Counted from the whole stretch's first letter, positions 1-11,414 are shown. The stretch: 62,959 bases of DNA, filler included, from Octopus bimaculoides (GCF_001194135.2; 4 parts of 4 records of this genome joined end to end with filler, not necessarily neighbours in it), one strand, 5' to 3'. Numbers and translations: made by a program. Notes: generated by a model from the sequence alone, not told the origin.

Positions 1-1149
1 CAATATATGCGTATAAATTACGATTAAACCGGATGAAATATGTCACAGGGAATAACATTTTTATGACCGCCCAGCAGTAACTCTATTCAGCTGAATAGAC
101 GTCAGTGATTGGTTGAAATTACAGAAATACGACAACTTTAACATGGAATAACTTGCGATGTACGTTTTTTTGTTAAGAAGACTAAGAGTAAAAGATGTTT
201 TATATGACACATTCTACCAGTGTCCCAAGTTTCAAAGTGTTCCGTTAGTGTTTCGTTAAGAAAATACTGGTGCCCCCGTTTTGAAATAGATCCCAATTTT
301 TTTTTAATCATAGTTTTAAATCATAGTCTTAATCATAGTTTTAAAATACAGACAGTCTGAATCTGCAAATTGTTTCTGTTTATAATTTCAAAATAGTTTT
401 TTAGGTGAAAAGGTGTGGTATTTAAAAGACATTTAGCTGTTGTTTCTAGCATATCCTACGACCACCTGGTACCTTCCTCGTTTCTTTGTCATACTGACAT
501 GTACTGACGTTTTTTAAAATTTATCTCCCAATAAACACATTTTATGGAACGATGATGTGGTAGTCCATTGCTGAGATTTAAGCAACAATAAAAATATTTT
601 GTAATTTAAATTTTTGCCTCCACCCTGTATCAAGTGAATCCGTGTGTGTGTGTAGGAAAAACATATTAATTAACAGAAAAGTATGCTATTAAAATAAATT
701 ATATTTTACACACCTTTTTTAAATCACACTGTCACCCAAATGAAATTCCTTACACACACGCATGCACACACTCAGCATGAGCAATGTACTTTTATACTGA
801 GTGAGAGAAAGTGTGGTAAATATAGTGAGAGTGAGGTAAAGTTTATCATAAGAAAAGCAGAAAAAGAAAGTGATAAATAGAGAGATCTTTTCTATTGCTG
901 TCACAAATTTTGAAATTTTAAAATTAAGTGAAAATTTTCCAATTTGGTATATTGATGTACTTTTACATACTGAATCTGAGTTTGTGATTCATTTATTTGA
1001 GAATATTTTTTTTTTAAATGTGACAGATGTTTAACGTTTGATGATCTTTATTCAATCAAAACACAGGATTTGTGCATAATAGTTAACATAAAAGGAAAAT
1101 AAACATTAGAAGACAATGTTTTAAACAAAATGAACATCAGCAGAATCAT

Positions 1150-2372
1150 GGCATGAATAGCCAGAGGGAAACCAATCACATTTCTTGAAGAGAACGACTT
1201 GCTGAGTGATACCCAGCATGGTTTTTGACCAGGTAGGAGCTGCCTGACACAGTTCCTACAGCACTGTGACTGGGTGATGAAGCAGTTACTCAACAACTCA
1301 AATGTGGACGTAATATACTTTGACTTTGGAAAAGCTTTTGATAAACTGGATCATGATATGATATGCCACAAACTGCATGATCTGGCATAACTGGAAAACT
1401 TGGAGAGTGGTTACATGACTTTCTGAAAGATAGAAGTCAGGCAGTGGTGGCCAGTGGTGCCACCTCAAAGAAAACAAATAATGAGTGGTGTTCCACAGGG
1501 CACTGTCTTAGGACCACTACTTTTCATAGTGGACCTCTCAGATATGCCCTCAGCTGCCCTGTAGCTACACAGACAACACAAAAGTCTCACAGAAAATACA
1601 AAACCCTAGCGATGTTGCATGCTTGCAGCAAGAGTTGGACGCACTTTACAGATGGGCTGAGGACAATAATATGTATTTTGATACTGGAAAATTCTAAGCC
1701 CTGCATTACGAGCACCAAAAAATTGAACGCAAAACATACAGGGTACACTGGCCCAGGAGGGATTACAATCCTAGAACCTAAATCAGTGCAGGACCTGGGT
1801 ATCGACATGAGTGATGATACCTCTTTCCAAGTGCACATTAGCAAGATGGTGACAAAGTGCACACAGTTAGAACCAGAGAGAAGGAAACCCTGATGGTCCT
1901 CTGGATGACATTCGTCCTAAGCCACTTGGACTGCTGCTCCCAACTATAGTCACTTCACAGTGTAAAATTAACAGCAGACCTTGAAGCAATCCAACAAAGC
2001 TACACAAAGAAGATTGTCTCACTGCAACAGCTCAGCTGCTGGGAAAGGCTGAAACAGCTAAGACTTGACTCCCTGGAGCAAAGGCAGTAGAGATATGCAG
2101 TAATATACATCCGGAAGATCATGCAAGGGATTGTACCAAATTTTGGCATTGAAAGCTACACAAATGTCAGAAAGGGTCATCACCACACTGTGGCAAAGAT
2201 CCTAACATTGCCATTGCACTCCAGAACCAGTTACTGCAACAGCCTAGGTTTCAAGAGCCCACAGTTTTTTTAATATTCTCTCAAAGAGCCTGGGGGACTG
2301 ACACAAAGTGGATGTAGGGGTTTTCAAAACAAAACTGGATCTCTTCCTGTTGAGAGTCCCAGATGAACCTAC
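1150..2372 (+). mobile_element. Degenerate CR1/L2-type LINE reverse transcriptase to 3' region
   Basis: Manual translation across frameshifts gives FLEENDLLSDTQHGF-PGRSCLTQFL...VDVIYFDFGKAFDKLDH...LGEWLHDFLKDRSQAVV...GVPQGTVLGPLLF, followed by post-RT motifs (DLGIDMSDDTSFQVHISKMV; RYAVIYIRKIMQGIVPNFG). Multiple stops and frameshifts. Confidence 0.9.
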
Positions 2373-2399
2373 CTTGTCACAATTTGGTATATTGATGTA

Positions 2400-3325
2400 T
2401 ACTTCGGCCGTGATTGATGAGCCAGGTTTAATGAAATCATAATGGATCACACCTGCACCAGACCACCGAAGACACACCATCAGCTTCTTTTGATGAATTT
2501 TGCTTTTTGGACTGTGTTTTGGTGGCTCGTCTTTGTCCAACCATTGTGCTGGACATTTACGGTTGTTGTATTGGATCCATTTCTCATCACATGCTACAAG
2601 TCGATTCAAAAATGATTCATTTTTGTGACAAGAAAGTAGCATAATGCAGGCTTCCAAACGTTGCTGTTTCTGATTTTTATTGAGTTCATGTGGAACCCAC
2701 TTATCCAACTTTTTCACTTTACCNNNNNNNNNNNNNNNNNNNNNNNNNNNNNNNNNNNNNNNNNNNNNNNNNNNNNNNNNNNNNNNNNNNNNNNNNNNNN
2801 NNNNNNNNNNNNNNNNNNNNNNNNNNNNNNNNNNNNNNNNNNNNNNNNNNNNNNNNNNNNNNNNNNNNNNNNNNNNNNNNNNNNNNNNNNNNNNNNNNNN
2901 NNNNNNNNNNNNNNNNNNNNNNNNNNNNNNNNNNNNNNNNNNNNNNNNNNNNNNNNNNNNNNNNNNNNNNNNNNNNNNNNNNNNNNNNNNNNNNNNNNNN
3001 NNNNNNNNNNNNNNNNNNNNNNNNNNNNNNNNNNNNNNNNNNNNNNNNNNNNNNNNNNNNNNNNNNNNNNNNNNNNNNNNNNNNNNNNNNNNNNNNNNNN
3101 NNNNNNNNNNNNNNNNNNNNNNNNNNNNNNNNNNNNNNNNNNNNNNNNNNNNNNNNNNNNNNNNNNNNNNNNNNNNNNNNNNNCAAAATGAATTAGAATA
3201 AAGAAATAGATGTGTCAGCTTTCTAACAAAAAGTATTGTCAAAATATAATAATGGCGTAAAATGAGCAGCTGTCAAAGTTTACCATATACCTTACTCCAA
3301 ATTTCATACTTGACAACTTAATATA
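2400..3325 (-). mobile_element. Mariner transposon relic (5' end plus transposase fragment, split by an N gap)
   Basis: 2400-2723 encodes GKVKKLDKWVPHEL...CDEKWIQYNN...HQKKLMVCLRWSGAGVIHYDFIKPGSSITAEVY (WVPHEL motif and first catalytic D). 3184-3325 looks like the 5' non-coding end and abuts (TA)n; its link across the gap is inferred. Confidence 0.85.
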
Positions 3326-3339
3326 AATATATATATATA

Positions 3340-3527
3340 ATAGATCACAAGCCACTACACATTCTTTTTTTTCTCTCCTTGTTTCTTTCTGTGTTCCTTT
3401 CTGTGGAAGAGCGTAGGCTCGAAAAGTTAAAGACTTTTTCACTTCCCGAGCATTAAACTAATACATCTGTTTGTTGTCTACACCACCTGTCTTCGTCTTT
3501 TTTTTTTTTTTTTGTGAATTCTCCCTA
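3340..3527 (+). mobile_element. Probable Penelope-like element terminal (pLTR) fragment within (TA)n
   Basis: Contains ctgtggaa-gagc-gtag-gctc-gaaa (hairpin plus GAAA, resembling PLE hammerhead cores) and a T-rich tail; flanked on both sides by TA repeats. Confidence 0.45.
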
Positions 3528-3562
3528 AATATATATATACATACACATACACACATGCATAG

Positions 3563-3729
3563 ATGCAGATGTGGCTATGTGGTATGAAGCTTGCTTCTCA
3601 ACTACATGGTTCCAGGTTCAGTCCTACTGTGTGACACCTTGGGCAAGTGTCTTCAACTAGAGCCTGAGGCCAGTCAAAGCCTTGTGAGTGGATTTGGTTG
3701 ACAGAAACTGAAAGAAGTCTGTCTTATAG

Positions 3730-3784
<55 letters not shown>

Positions 3785-4027
3785 TGCGCATGTGTGTGTG
3801 CATGTGTGTGTGTGTGCATGTGCGTGTTTTCCAACACCTCTCAACAACTGGTATTGGTGTGTTTAGATCCTTATAACTTAGCAGTTCAGCAAAAGAGACT
3901 GATAGAATAAGTACCTGGCTTAAAAAAAGTAAAAGCAAATTAGTACTGGGTCAGTTCATTCGACAAAAAATTCTTCAAGGTGGTACCCCAGCATGGCCAC
4001 AGTCTAATGACTGAAACAAGTAAAAGT
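3563..4027 (+). mobile_element. tRNA-type SINE, family A, with internal (GT)n
   Basis: Head ggctatgtggtatgaagcttgc...ggttcagtcc, central (GT)n, tail ...ccagcatggccacagtctaatgactgaaacaagtaaaag; matches many other copies in the window. Confidence 0.85.
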
Positions 4028-4061
4028 AGATATATACATACACACATATATATATATATAT

Positions 4062-4352
4062 CCTTGAATTACAGGTACAACTCATTTTTGCCTGCTGAGT
4101 GAACTGAGCAACACAAAAGGTAAAGTGTCTTGTCCAAGGACACAATATGCTACCAGGAATCAAACTCACAACCTTCCAATCATGAGCCAAATACCTTAAC
4201 CACTTAGCCACATGCCTTCACACATCCATCTGCCAAATTCACTCAGAAGGCTTTGGTCAACTCAAGGCTTTGAGAGAAGATGCCAAAGGTGAAGGTGCTG
4301 TGTGGTGGGACTGAACCTGAAAGCACATGGTTAGCAAAGTGAGCTTCTTAAC
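4062..4352 (-). mobile_element. Adjacent SINE fragments (family C head, then family A head)
   Basis: Matches 17160-17320 (acaggtacaactcatttttgcc...ggagcaac...ctcaaggacacaa) and the reverse complement of the family A head at 3563. Confidence 0.75.
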
Positions 4353-4404
4353 CACACATCTTTGCTCACGAACCTTTAATACACAATTCACAAAATTAAA
4401 TACA

Positions 4405-5130
4405 CTGGCATATACTGCCACAAGCACCACCATCACCACTCCCCACTGCCACGACTACTACAACACATGCCACCACTTCCAACACCACCATCAACATTAT
4501 CACCACTACTATCATGGCTATTGCCACCACACGCACGCACACACTACCACCATCATGACAATGACAGCAACAACAGCAACCACTACTACAACTACAATAA
4601 CATCAACCACAACAGGAACAACAACCATCACCACCATCACTATACACAACAGCAACAACACAACAACTACAGCAATAACAACAACAATTACTATAACAAC
4701 CACCACCACTACCAACAATAACACAAACACCATCACATTTATCATCACCAGCCCTACCACCACAATCATACCCCTCTCCACAACAACACATACCATCAAT
4801 AACACTAGCACTGTGTTTATACCATCACGCTATCACCACCACTACCACAGCGCGTACCACTCACAACAACACCATCACTACCAACACCACCTACCGTATA
4901 AACTGCCACCCCATCCCCATCAACAACATCTCCCCACCCACCATATAAACCGCCTTCTCCACTGCCACCACCCCATCTCCACCGACCATCACCCCCACCC
5001 ATCCACCGTATAAACTGCAGCCTCCACTGCCACCCCATCCCCACCGACACCCCCCACACACACACACACACACATACACCAACATCACCACCCCCACCAC
5101 TGCCAGCAGCCCCAAAATACATACCCGCCA
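4405..5130. repeat. Long degenerate (CAC/CAA/ACA)n low-complexity tract
   Basis: Directly visible; it generates the spurious His/Thr-rich and Val-rich ORFs. Confidence 0.95.
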
Positions 5131-5485
5131 GCAGCAATCAGCTGCACCCACTGCACCTACCCTGATGTTTTGCAGCAACAACACGATAACAAGGTTGCTG
5201 CCATCCATATGGTCAGGCAGCTTGCTAGAAATAGCAGCTAAATAGGTAATAGCGTGGTAGTGTTTTTGCTTTGCAACCACATGGCTCTAGGTTCCATACT
5301 ACTGAGTGACGCCTTCAGCATGTCTCTCCTACTACAGACTCAGGTTTGCCAAAGTCCATTAAGAGATGGTAGACATAACTGTACAGAAGCCACTCTCTCT
5401 TTCTGCCTCCCTCTCCCCTCCCTCTCTCTCTCTGTTTTATCTATCTATATCTACATATGTGTATATGTATCTTTTGTCTATTTTT

Positions 5486-5703
5486 TTTACTTGTTTCAGT
5501 CATTACACTGCGGCCATGCTGGGGCACCGCCTTGAAGAATTTTTGGTCAAATGAATCAACCCTGGTGCTTATTCTATCAGTCTCTTTTGCTAAACTGTTA
5601 AGTTATGGGATGTAAACACACCAACACCAGTTATCAAACAGTGGTGGGGGAACAAACACAGACACAAAGACACACTCACTCACTCACATACACACACACA
5701 CAT

Positions 5704-5739
<36 letters not shown>

Positions 5740-5886
5740 TCACACACATGTATATATATATATACAACAGGCTTCTTTCAGTTTCTATCTACCAAATTCA
5801 CTCACAAGGCTTTGGTCAGCCCAAGCTTATAGTAGAAGATACTTGCCCAAGGTGCCACACAGTGGGACTGAACCTGGAACCATGTG
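5486..5886 (-). mobile_element. SINE family A copy
   Basis: ttttacttgtttcagtcatt...catgctggggcaccgcc...(CA)n...gggactgaacctggaaccatgt is the reverse complement of family A. Confidence 0.85.
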
Positions 5887-5914
5887 GAGTGTGTATGTTT
5901 GTGTGTGTGTGTGT

Positions 5915-6068
5915 GTGTGCTTGTCCCTTGCCACCACTTGACAACCATTTTTGGTTTGTTTATGTCTCTGACAGTTTGTGGTTCAGCAAAAGAGATTGAC
6001 ATAATAAGTTCCAGGCTGCCAATTCATTTGACTAAAAATTCTTCAGTATGGTGGTGCCCCAGCATGAA
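5915..6068 (+). mobile_element. SINE family A tail fragment
   Basis: ccaccacttgacaacc...cagcaaaagagattgac...gtggtgccccagcatg. Confidence 0.75.
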
Positions 6069-6547
6069 CAAATTGTGTGTATATAGAGGAATTAACATTG
6101 ATGATGAAAAAGCCCTGAGCCAGGGTCACGGCAAAGCCATGGAGAGCAGCATGGCAGATGTGAAGTACTGATCTTCATTTAAATCTTCTCACAGTCAGGG
6201 TCGAAGAGCCTCTTCAGCCAATGGTCAGTCTAGGATCAACCAATCCAGTTAGTGGATTACTGTCAGTTGATAGAACTGGTGATTCATCAACTCACTTTAG
6301 CTACTTGAAAATACTATGGAGTTCGGGAACCTCATAGTATCACCAATCAAAGTTGGACTGGTAGCAGTAGTTTTTGAAAAAGATCCTCACAATCCTTCAG
6401 AATTTTGACATCAAACCATCCAGAAGTTGGTTCAAGTTCAGCTTCAAAAAATGCCCAACGATAAAAATCAGCTAACATAGTAAGTAAGTAGTGTTTTGAG
6501 TCCTAGGATTTACAGGGATGGTTACCCAGTTTTCTTGGCAGATAGGT

Positions 6548-6926
6548 AAGGCTGTGTGGTAAGAAGCTTGCTTCCCAACCACATGATTCTGGGTTCAGTT
6601 CCATCATGTGGCACCTTGGGAAAATGTCTTCTACTATAGCCTTGGGCTGCCTAAAACCTTATGAGTATGGATTTGGTACAAGGAAACTGAAAGAAGCCTG
6701 TCATATATATGTGTGTGTTTGTGTTTGTTGGTCCATTATCACTGCTTGACAACCAGTGTTGGTATGTTTATGTCTCTGTAGCATAGTGGTTCAGCAAAGG
6801 AGACTGATAGAATAAGTCCCAGGCTTTAAAAAAATCAAACACTGGGGATGATTCATTCAATTAAAACTTTACAAGTCAGTGCCCCAGCATGGTCACAATC
6901 TAATGACTGAAACAAGTAAAAGATAA
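6548..6926 (+). mobile_element. SINE family A, near full length
   Basis: ggctgtgtggtaagaagcttgcttcccaaccacatg... through ...gactgaaacaagtaaaag. Confidence 0.88.
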
Positions 6927-6959
6927 GAGATACCCCATAAATGGGAAAGCAATCTGTTG

Positions 6960-7095
6960 CAGGGTTACTCATTTACTGCTGAGTGGATTGAGCAACATAA
7001 AATGAAGTGTTTTGCTCAAAAACACAACGCATTGCTCAGTCCAGGAATTGAAACTACAATCTTACAATCGTTAATACAACAACCTCATCACTAGG
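6960..7095 (-). mobile_element. SINE family C head
   Basis: actcatttactgctgagtggattgagcaacataaaatgaagtgttttgctcaa...ggaattgaaact, homologous to 17160-17320 and 56040-56190. Confidence 0.7.
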
Positions 7096-7329
7096 CTACA
7101 GGTCATCAGTCCATCATGGGGTAACTCATTCACAGCTGAGTGGACTGGAGCATCATGAAATGAATACAACTGCAAACTCATAACCTCAGAACCGCATCTT
7201 TCATTTGGCCAAATGATATATTCCAATTCTACATCAATCATTGAATCTCTGATGAATAATTAAAAATGTCACAAAATGTGAAAAACTGAAGACAACTGCC
7301 AAGTCTCCATTGGTTACTAACAAAGGCAT

Positions 7330-7720
7330 AAGTCACATCATAAATAGGAATAATGCAGGTAACACAAAGTATGGAGACCCTTGGTGTGGGACATGTGGAA
7401 TAATTAAACAAGGAACAATAAAAAAATAAGAGAAGAAGGGATTGAAGGTGCCTGTAAACATAATTTGCAAAGCAAAAAATGTCATCTACATGCCCACAAT
7501 GCAATGAGAATTACATCAGAGAAATAGGATCAAATTAATCGTGTGAGTGTGCAAACAGCAAATTAAGAATTTGTCTCTTTGAAATATTCCACGTAGTGAA
7601 TGTCTAGACATTTATGCAAATGGAAAATTTCCATTTTTCAAAATAAAAGAAAAAAATGTTCCACATCGAAAGACAAAAGAAGACTTCTTTATAAGAAATC
7701 TAAATCTGAAACTAAACCAG
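7330..7720 (+). mobile_element. Penelope-like element GIY-YIG endonuclease fragment
   Basis: Frameshifted translation DPWCGTCGIIKQG...ICKAKNVIY..CPQCNENYIRE.G...RV.VHKQQI matches the PLE CxxC...C.s.NVIY..C..C...YIGET...R..H pattern. Confidence 0.75.
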
Positions 7721-8327
7721 AAATAGTGAACACAATGACTAAAAACAACTTCCTCATAACTTGTGTGTTTGGAAAGATCAACAATGAAAGCACTTACACC
7801 CTATAAAAAAACAAATGTTTCTTTCCAAAAGGTTTGTTTCATTCTGTCTTTCAAACAATTTTTTTTTTTAAAGTAAATAACTTTTAAGAAATATCAAATA
7901 CTACATTATCAACCTTGGGAGAACCTCGGGAGAACCTTGGTGTTCTAACAAGACATCCATGTTAAGTTAGATATAAAGATTGCCTTTTGATACTAATACT
8001 GTTTTCACAACTAATAATCAAATTCTAATAAGCCTGCTGGCTGTTTGCAACATCTGCAAAGAAGCTGATATCATAGCAGCTAGATTTGTCTTCTATGCAG
8101 TGACTGGACACCTCCAACTGATGATGTCCAGTAGACTGAAATCTATGATATGAGAGTTCCAGCACCCGCAACAGACAATTCTTGTCTGCTATGATCTGTG
8201 TGTGCTTTATACACCAAGCACCGATATGAGAGGTTCTTTCAAGGCTAATTATGTAGTATTCAGTGTTCTAACAAGATTGCCACATATATATATATATGTA
8301 TGTATGTATGGTGTTAGGAAGGGCATC

Positions 8328-8450
8328 CAGCTGTAGAAACTTTGCCAGATCAGATTGAGCCTGGTGCAACCTCTGGCTCACCAGTCCTCAGTCAAACCAT
8401 CCAACCCATGCTGGCATGGAAAGCAGATGTTAAACGATGATGATGATGAT
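8328..8450 (+). mobile_element. RTE-family LINE 3' end with (GAT)n tail
   Basis: ggtgttaggaagggcatccagctgtagaaac...cccatgctggcatggaaagcagatgttaaacgatgatgat; reverse-complement match to the 3' end of the RTE at 20840. Confidence 0.75.
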
Positions 8451-8475
8451 GATAATATATATGTATGTATACATA

Positions 8476-9570
8476 CAGGGTGTCCTGAAATTAAGACAAC
8501 TGAAGTTTTGGGCTTTAATAACTATCAATAAATGTGTTAAGGTATGCAAATTATACATTATTATAAAAGCTTGCAGTGTCTTCTTTTTGTTTCAGACTAA
8601 ATAAATTTAGATTTATAAATTAGATAATGGCTATAGACCAAAATACCATCATAATCCTCTACAAAGGAGGTGAACTGAACAACAGTCTGGAAAATTGTCA
8701 AGAAATTTCAACCACTGATCAACCTAGATTTGGCTGAAAAAGAAATTTGTGGACCCCTCAGCTTATGAAAAGTATCAGAGAAAAGAAACAGCAAAATCCT
8801 TGTTGTTCCATCAGAAAACTGGCTGCCACAGAAAAAATTAGCCAAATATTGATTTATCAAGTGTTGAAGAAGGATCTCAGGACCCCCTCCTACATGATGA
8901 TCTGCCATTATGAGCTGACACAAGCTTATAAAGCTATGAAACTGGAGAGTATTCGTTCTATCCTGCATCAGATTGCTGAAGGCATGCTCCCCAACCTGGT
9001 GTTCACTGATGAAAAAAAATTTCACATTGAACAAATAGTAAACCACCACAATGACCAAGTTTGGGGTGTGTCTGGTTCTGTTGAGGGTAGACTTGTAAAT
9101 CAACATCAAACTCCACAGTCAGTTATGGTTTGGTCTCCCCTCGTTTTTGTACCCTCAGGCGTTAAAATTAACACCCAGCAATACATTAGCAACATTCTGG
9201 AGGCTGAACTGCTTCCATGGGCAAAAGAGCACTTTCAAGGTGCACCTTGGAGCCTCCAACAGAATTCAGGACCATCCCACAGCTCCAAACAGACACAACA
9301 CTGGATTCAGAAAAAACATTCCAGCATTCATAGGCAAAGACGTATGGCCGTCAAGTAGCCCTAGTCCCAACCTGCTGGATTTTTCTGTTGGGTCCATTTT
9401 GGAGATGAGGGTCTCGAGCACTCCTCATGTTTTGCTTGATGCTCTGAAGGCAAAACTGTGCCAGGAATGGGCTTTGATTCGGCAAGAACAGCTGTGAGCC
9501 ATGTGTGAAGCATTCACAGCTAGACTTAAGCCTGTGATTTGAAGCAGAGGTTGTCATATCAAATAAATAT
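8476..9570 (+). mobile_element. maT/mori (DD37D) Tc1/mariner transposon, degenerate, nearly complete transposase
   Basis: Left end TA-CAGGGTGTCC. ORF 8747-9358 plus 9147-9497 gives LVFTDEKKFHIEQIVNHHNDQV...QSVMVW...QQNSGPSH...WPSSSPSPNLLDFSV, with 37 residues between the decayed second D (now N) and the third D. Right TIR not seen. Confidence 0.88.
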
Positions 9571-9599
9571 GACAGTATCATAATTATACACTGCTGGTC

Positions 9600-9950
9600 A
9601 CAGTGCACTTCCAATTCTGTCTTGATTGTACCTTTCTTTTCTATCTTGACCCAAATTGCTTGAGTAAAAATTCTTCCAATAGTCATGGAAGCCTTGCAAG
9701 TGACCTGTTCCAATCTCTTGGATACCACTTGGAAACTGCATGGGTCCACCTGTTGACTGTGAACCTTGCAACATACCCCACCCAGGGTAACTGGTGCTTT
9801 CTGTACTCTGCAATCACATCATTCACTCCACTCCATTCTTGAATTATCTCACTTCAAATATGCTCTCAATGATATTCCTAGCAGGGATCATCTTTACATG
9901 GCCTTTGCATTGTCACCCACTGATGTTCTATTCTTTCAGTGATATATATG
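9600..9950 (-). mobile_element. RTE LINE C-terminal fragment
   Basis: Minus strand reads GYVARFTVNRWTHAVSKWYPRDWNRSLARLP, matching the RTE WAGHVAR..DNRW....W.PR..KR..GRP motif. Confidence 0.75.
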
Positions 9951-10002
9951 CATATAGATATATACATAGATATATACATACATACATATCTATCTATCTT
10001 GA

Positions 10003-10600
10003 ACAGGGGAGTGTTGTTCTATGCTGCATACAAGAGGTAAGGGGAAGAGGAGCTTCAGCCAGGGTCCTCACAGGCAAGGCACATAGGTATAAACTCTTCT
10101 GGGAAGGTAAGCGTGATGGAGTAGGGGATGTGGGCATACTTCTTCCGGAGAAATAGGTGGATAAGGTCATAAAGGTAGTTAGGGTGTGCGATAGAGTATT
10201 TAAACTCGGGCTAGTCTTGCAGAATAGTATAGCTACAATTATCTCTGCCTACATCCCACAAGTGGGCCTACCAAATTAACAGAAGGACCACTTTTATGAT
10301 ATTATTCTGCAGATTACCTAAAAGACAAATGGCAATGATCTCATCTTTGTGGCTGGAGATTTTAATGGGCATATCAGACAGCAACCTGGTATCTTCCATG
10401 GTGTACATGGGGGCCATGGAATTGGTTCCCAAAACAAATGAGGAACTAGACTCCTGGAGTTCTGTATTGATCTGCAACACCAACTTCAGGAAGCCAGCCA
10501 GCCAGCCACCTGATAACCTGTCAATCAGGTGACTCTGCTTGAACAGCTTGCCAGCCAAGCCCATGCCAACATGGAAAGAGGACATTAAACAATGATGATG
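10003..10600 (+). mobile_element. RTE LINE AP-endonuclease fragment joined to the RTE 3' end
   Basis: LCCIQEVRGRG...GVGDVGILL...IISAYIPQVG...VAGDFNGH...G.RLLEFC...NTNFRK, followed directly by cccatgccaacatggaaagaggacattaaacaatgatgatg. Confidence 0.88.
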
Positions 10601-10604
10601 ATTA

Positions 10605-10905
10605 TTATGATTGTTTTACTTCTCAGAGCACTCGGTCTTGTTTTCTCTGGTAGATTCTGTGAGAGTGGACAGCAGCCTGCTGTCAGAGGTCTCACAGGGT
10701 CTCTTTCTGCACATTATAAGTTTTGATAATTGGTTGTTAATTATTGTGGAAGACATTCATCATCCAAATACCAATCTCAAAATACTAGCTGTCCCCAACA
10801 GAGCAGTTTTGGGGGCTTGCTCTGCTCTCATTTCAATTCTGATTTCTCTGACATATTTCTTGAACTTGGTTGTAAATGCTCTGAGTGATCTCCTACAACT
10901 ACTGG
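10605..10905 (-). mobile_element. R4/Dong-like LINE 3' end
   Basis: FKKYVREIRIEMRAEQAPKTALLGTASILRLVFG* (conserved QK.ALLGTA.ILR C-terminus) plus a 3' UTR ending at an ATC/AAT repeat. Confidence 0.75.
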
Positions 10906-10934
10906 AACGACAAACACACTGCTCACAGTTCATT

Positions 10935-11402
10935 GGCACACCAGACAAAATGCTTTGCAGCATTTCATCTGTCTTTACATTCTGAGTTCAAATTCTGCTG
11001 AGGTCAACTCCACCTCTCATCCTTTTGGGATCAATAAAAAATAAGTATCAGTTGAGCATTGAGGTTAATGGAACCAACTTATTCCCCTCCCCTGAAATTG
11101 CTGGCCTTGAGCCAAAATTTGAAACCAATATTATTATTATCATTACTGTTCTTGTTGTTATTTTCTTATGATTATTATTATTATTATTCAAGGTGGCAGG
11201 CTGGCAGAATAGTTAGCACACTAGATGAAATCCTTAGCAGTATATCACCTGTCATTATGTTCTGAGTTCAAATTCTGCCAAGGTCGACTTTGCTTTACAT
11301 CCTTTCAGGGTCAATAAATTAAGTAGCAGTTGTGTACTGGGTCAATGTAATTGACTAATGCCCTCCTCCAAAATTTCAGGCTTTGTGCCTACAACAGAAA
11401 GG
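10935..11402 (+). mobile_element. Two SINE family B copies (10935-11125 and 11195-11402)
   Basis: ttctgagttcaaattctgc..aggtc.ac...tcatcctt...aattaagta.cagttg; same family as 53472-53790. Confidence 0.85.
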
Positions 11403-11414
11403 ATTATTATTATT

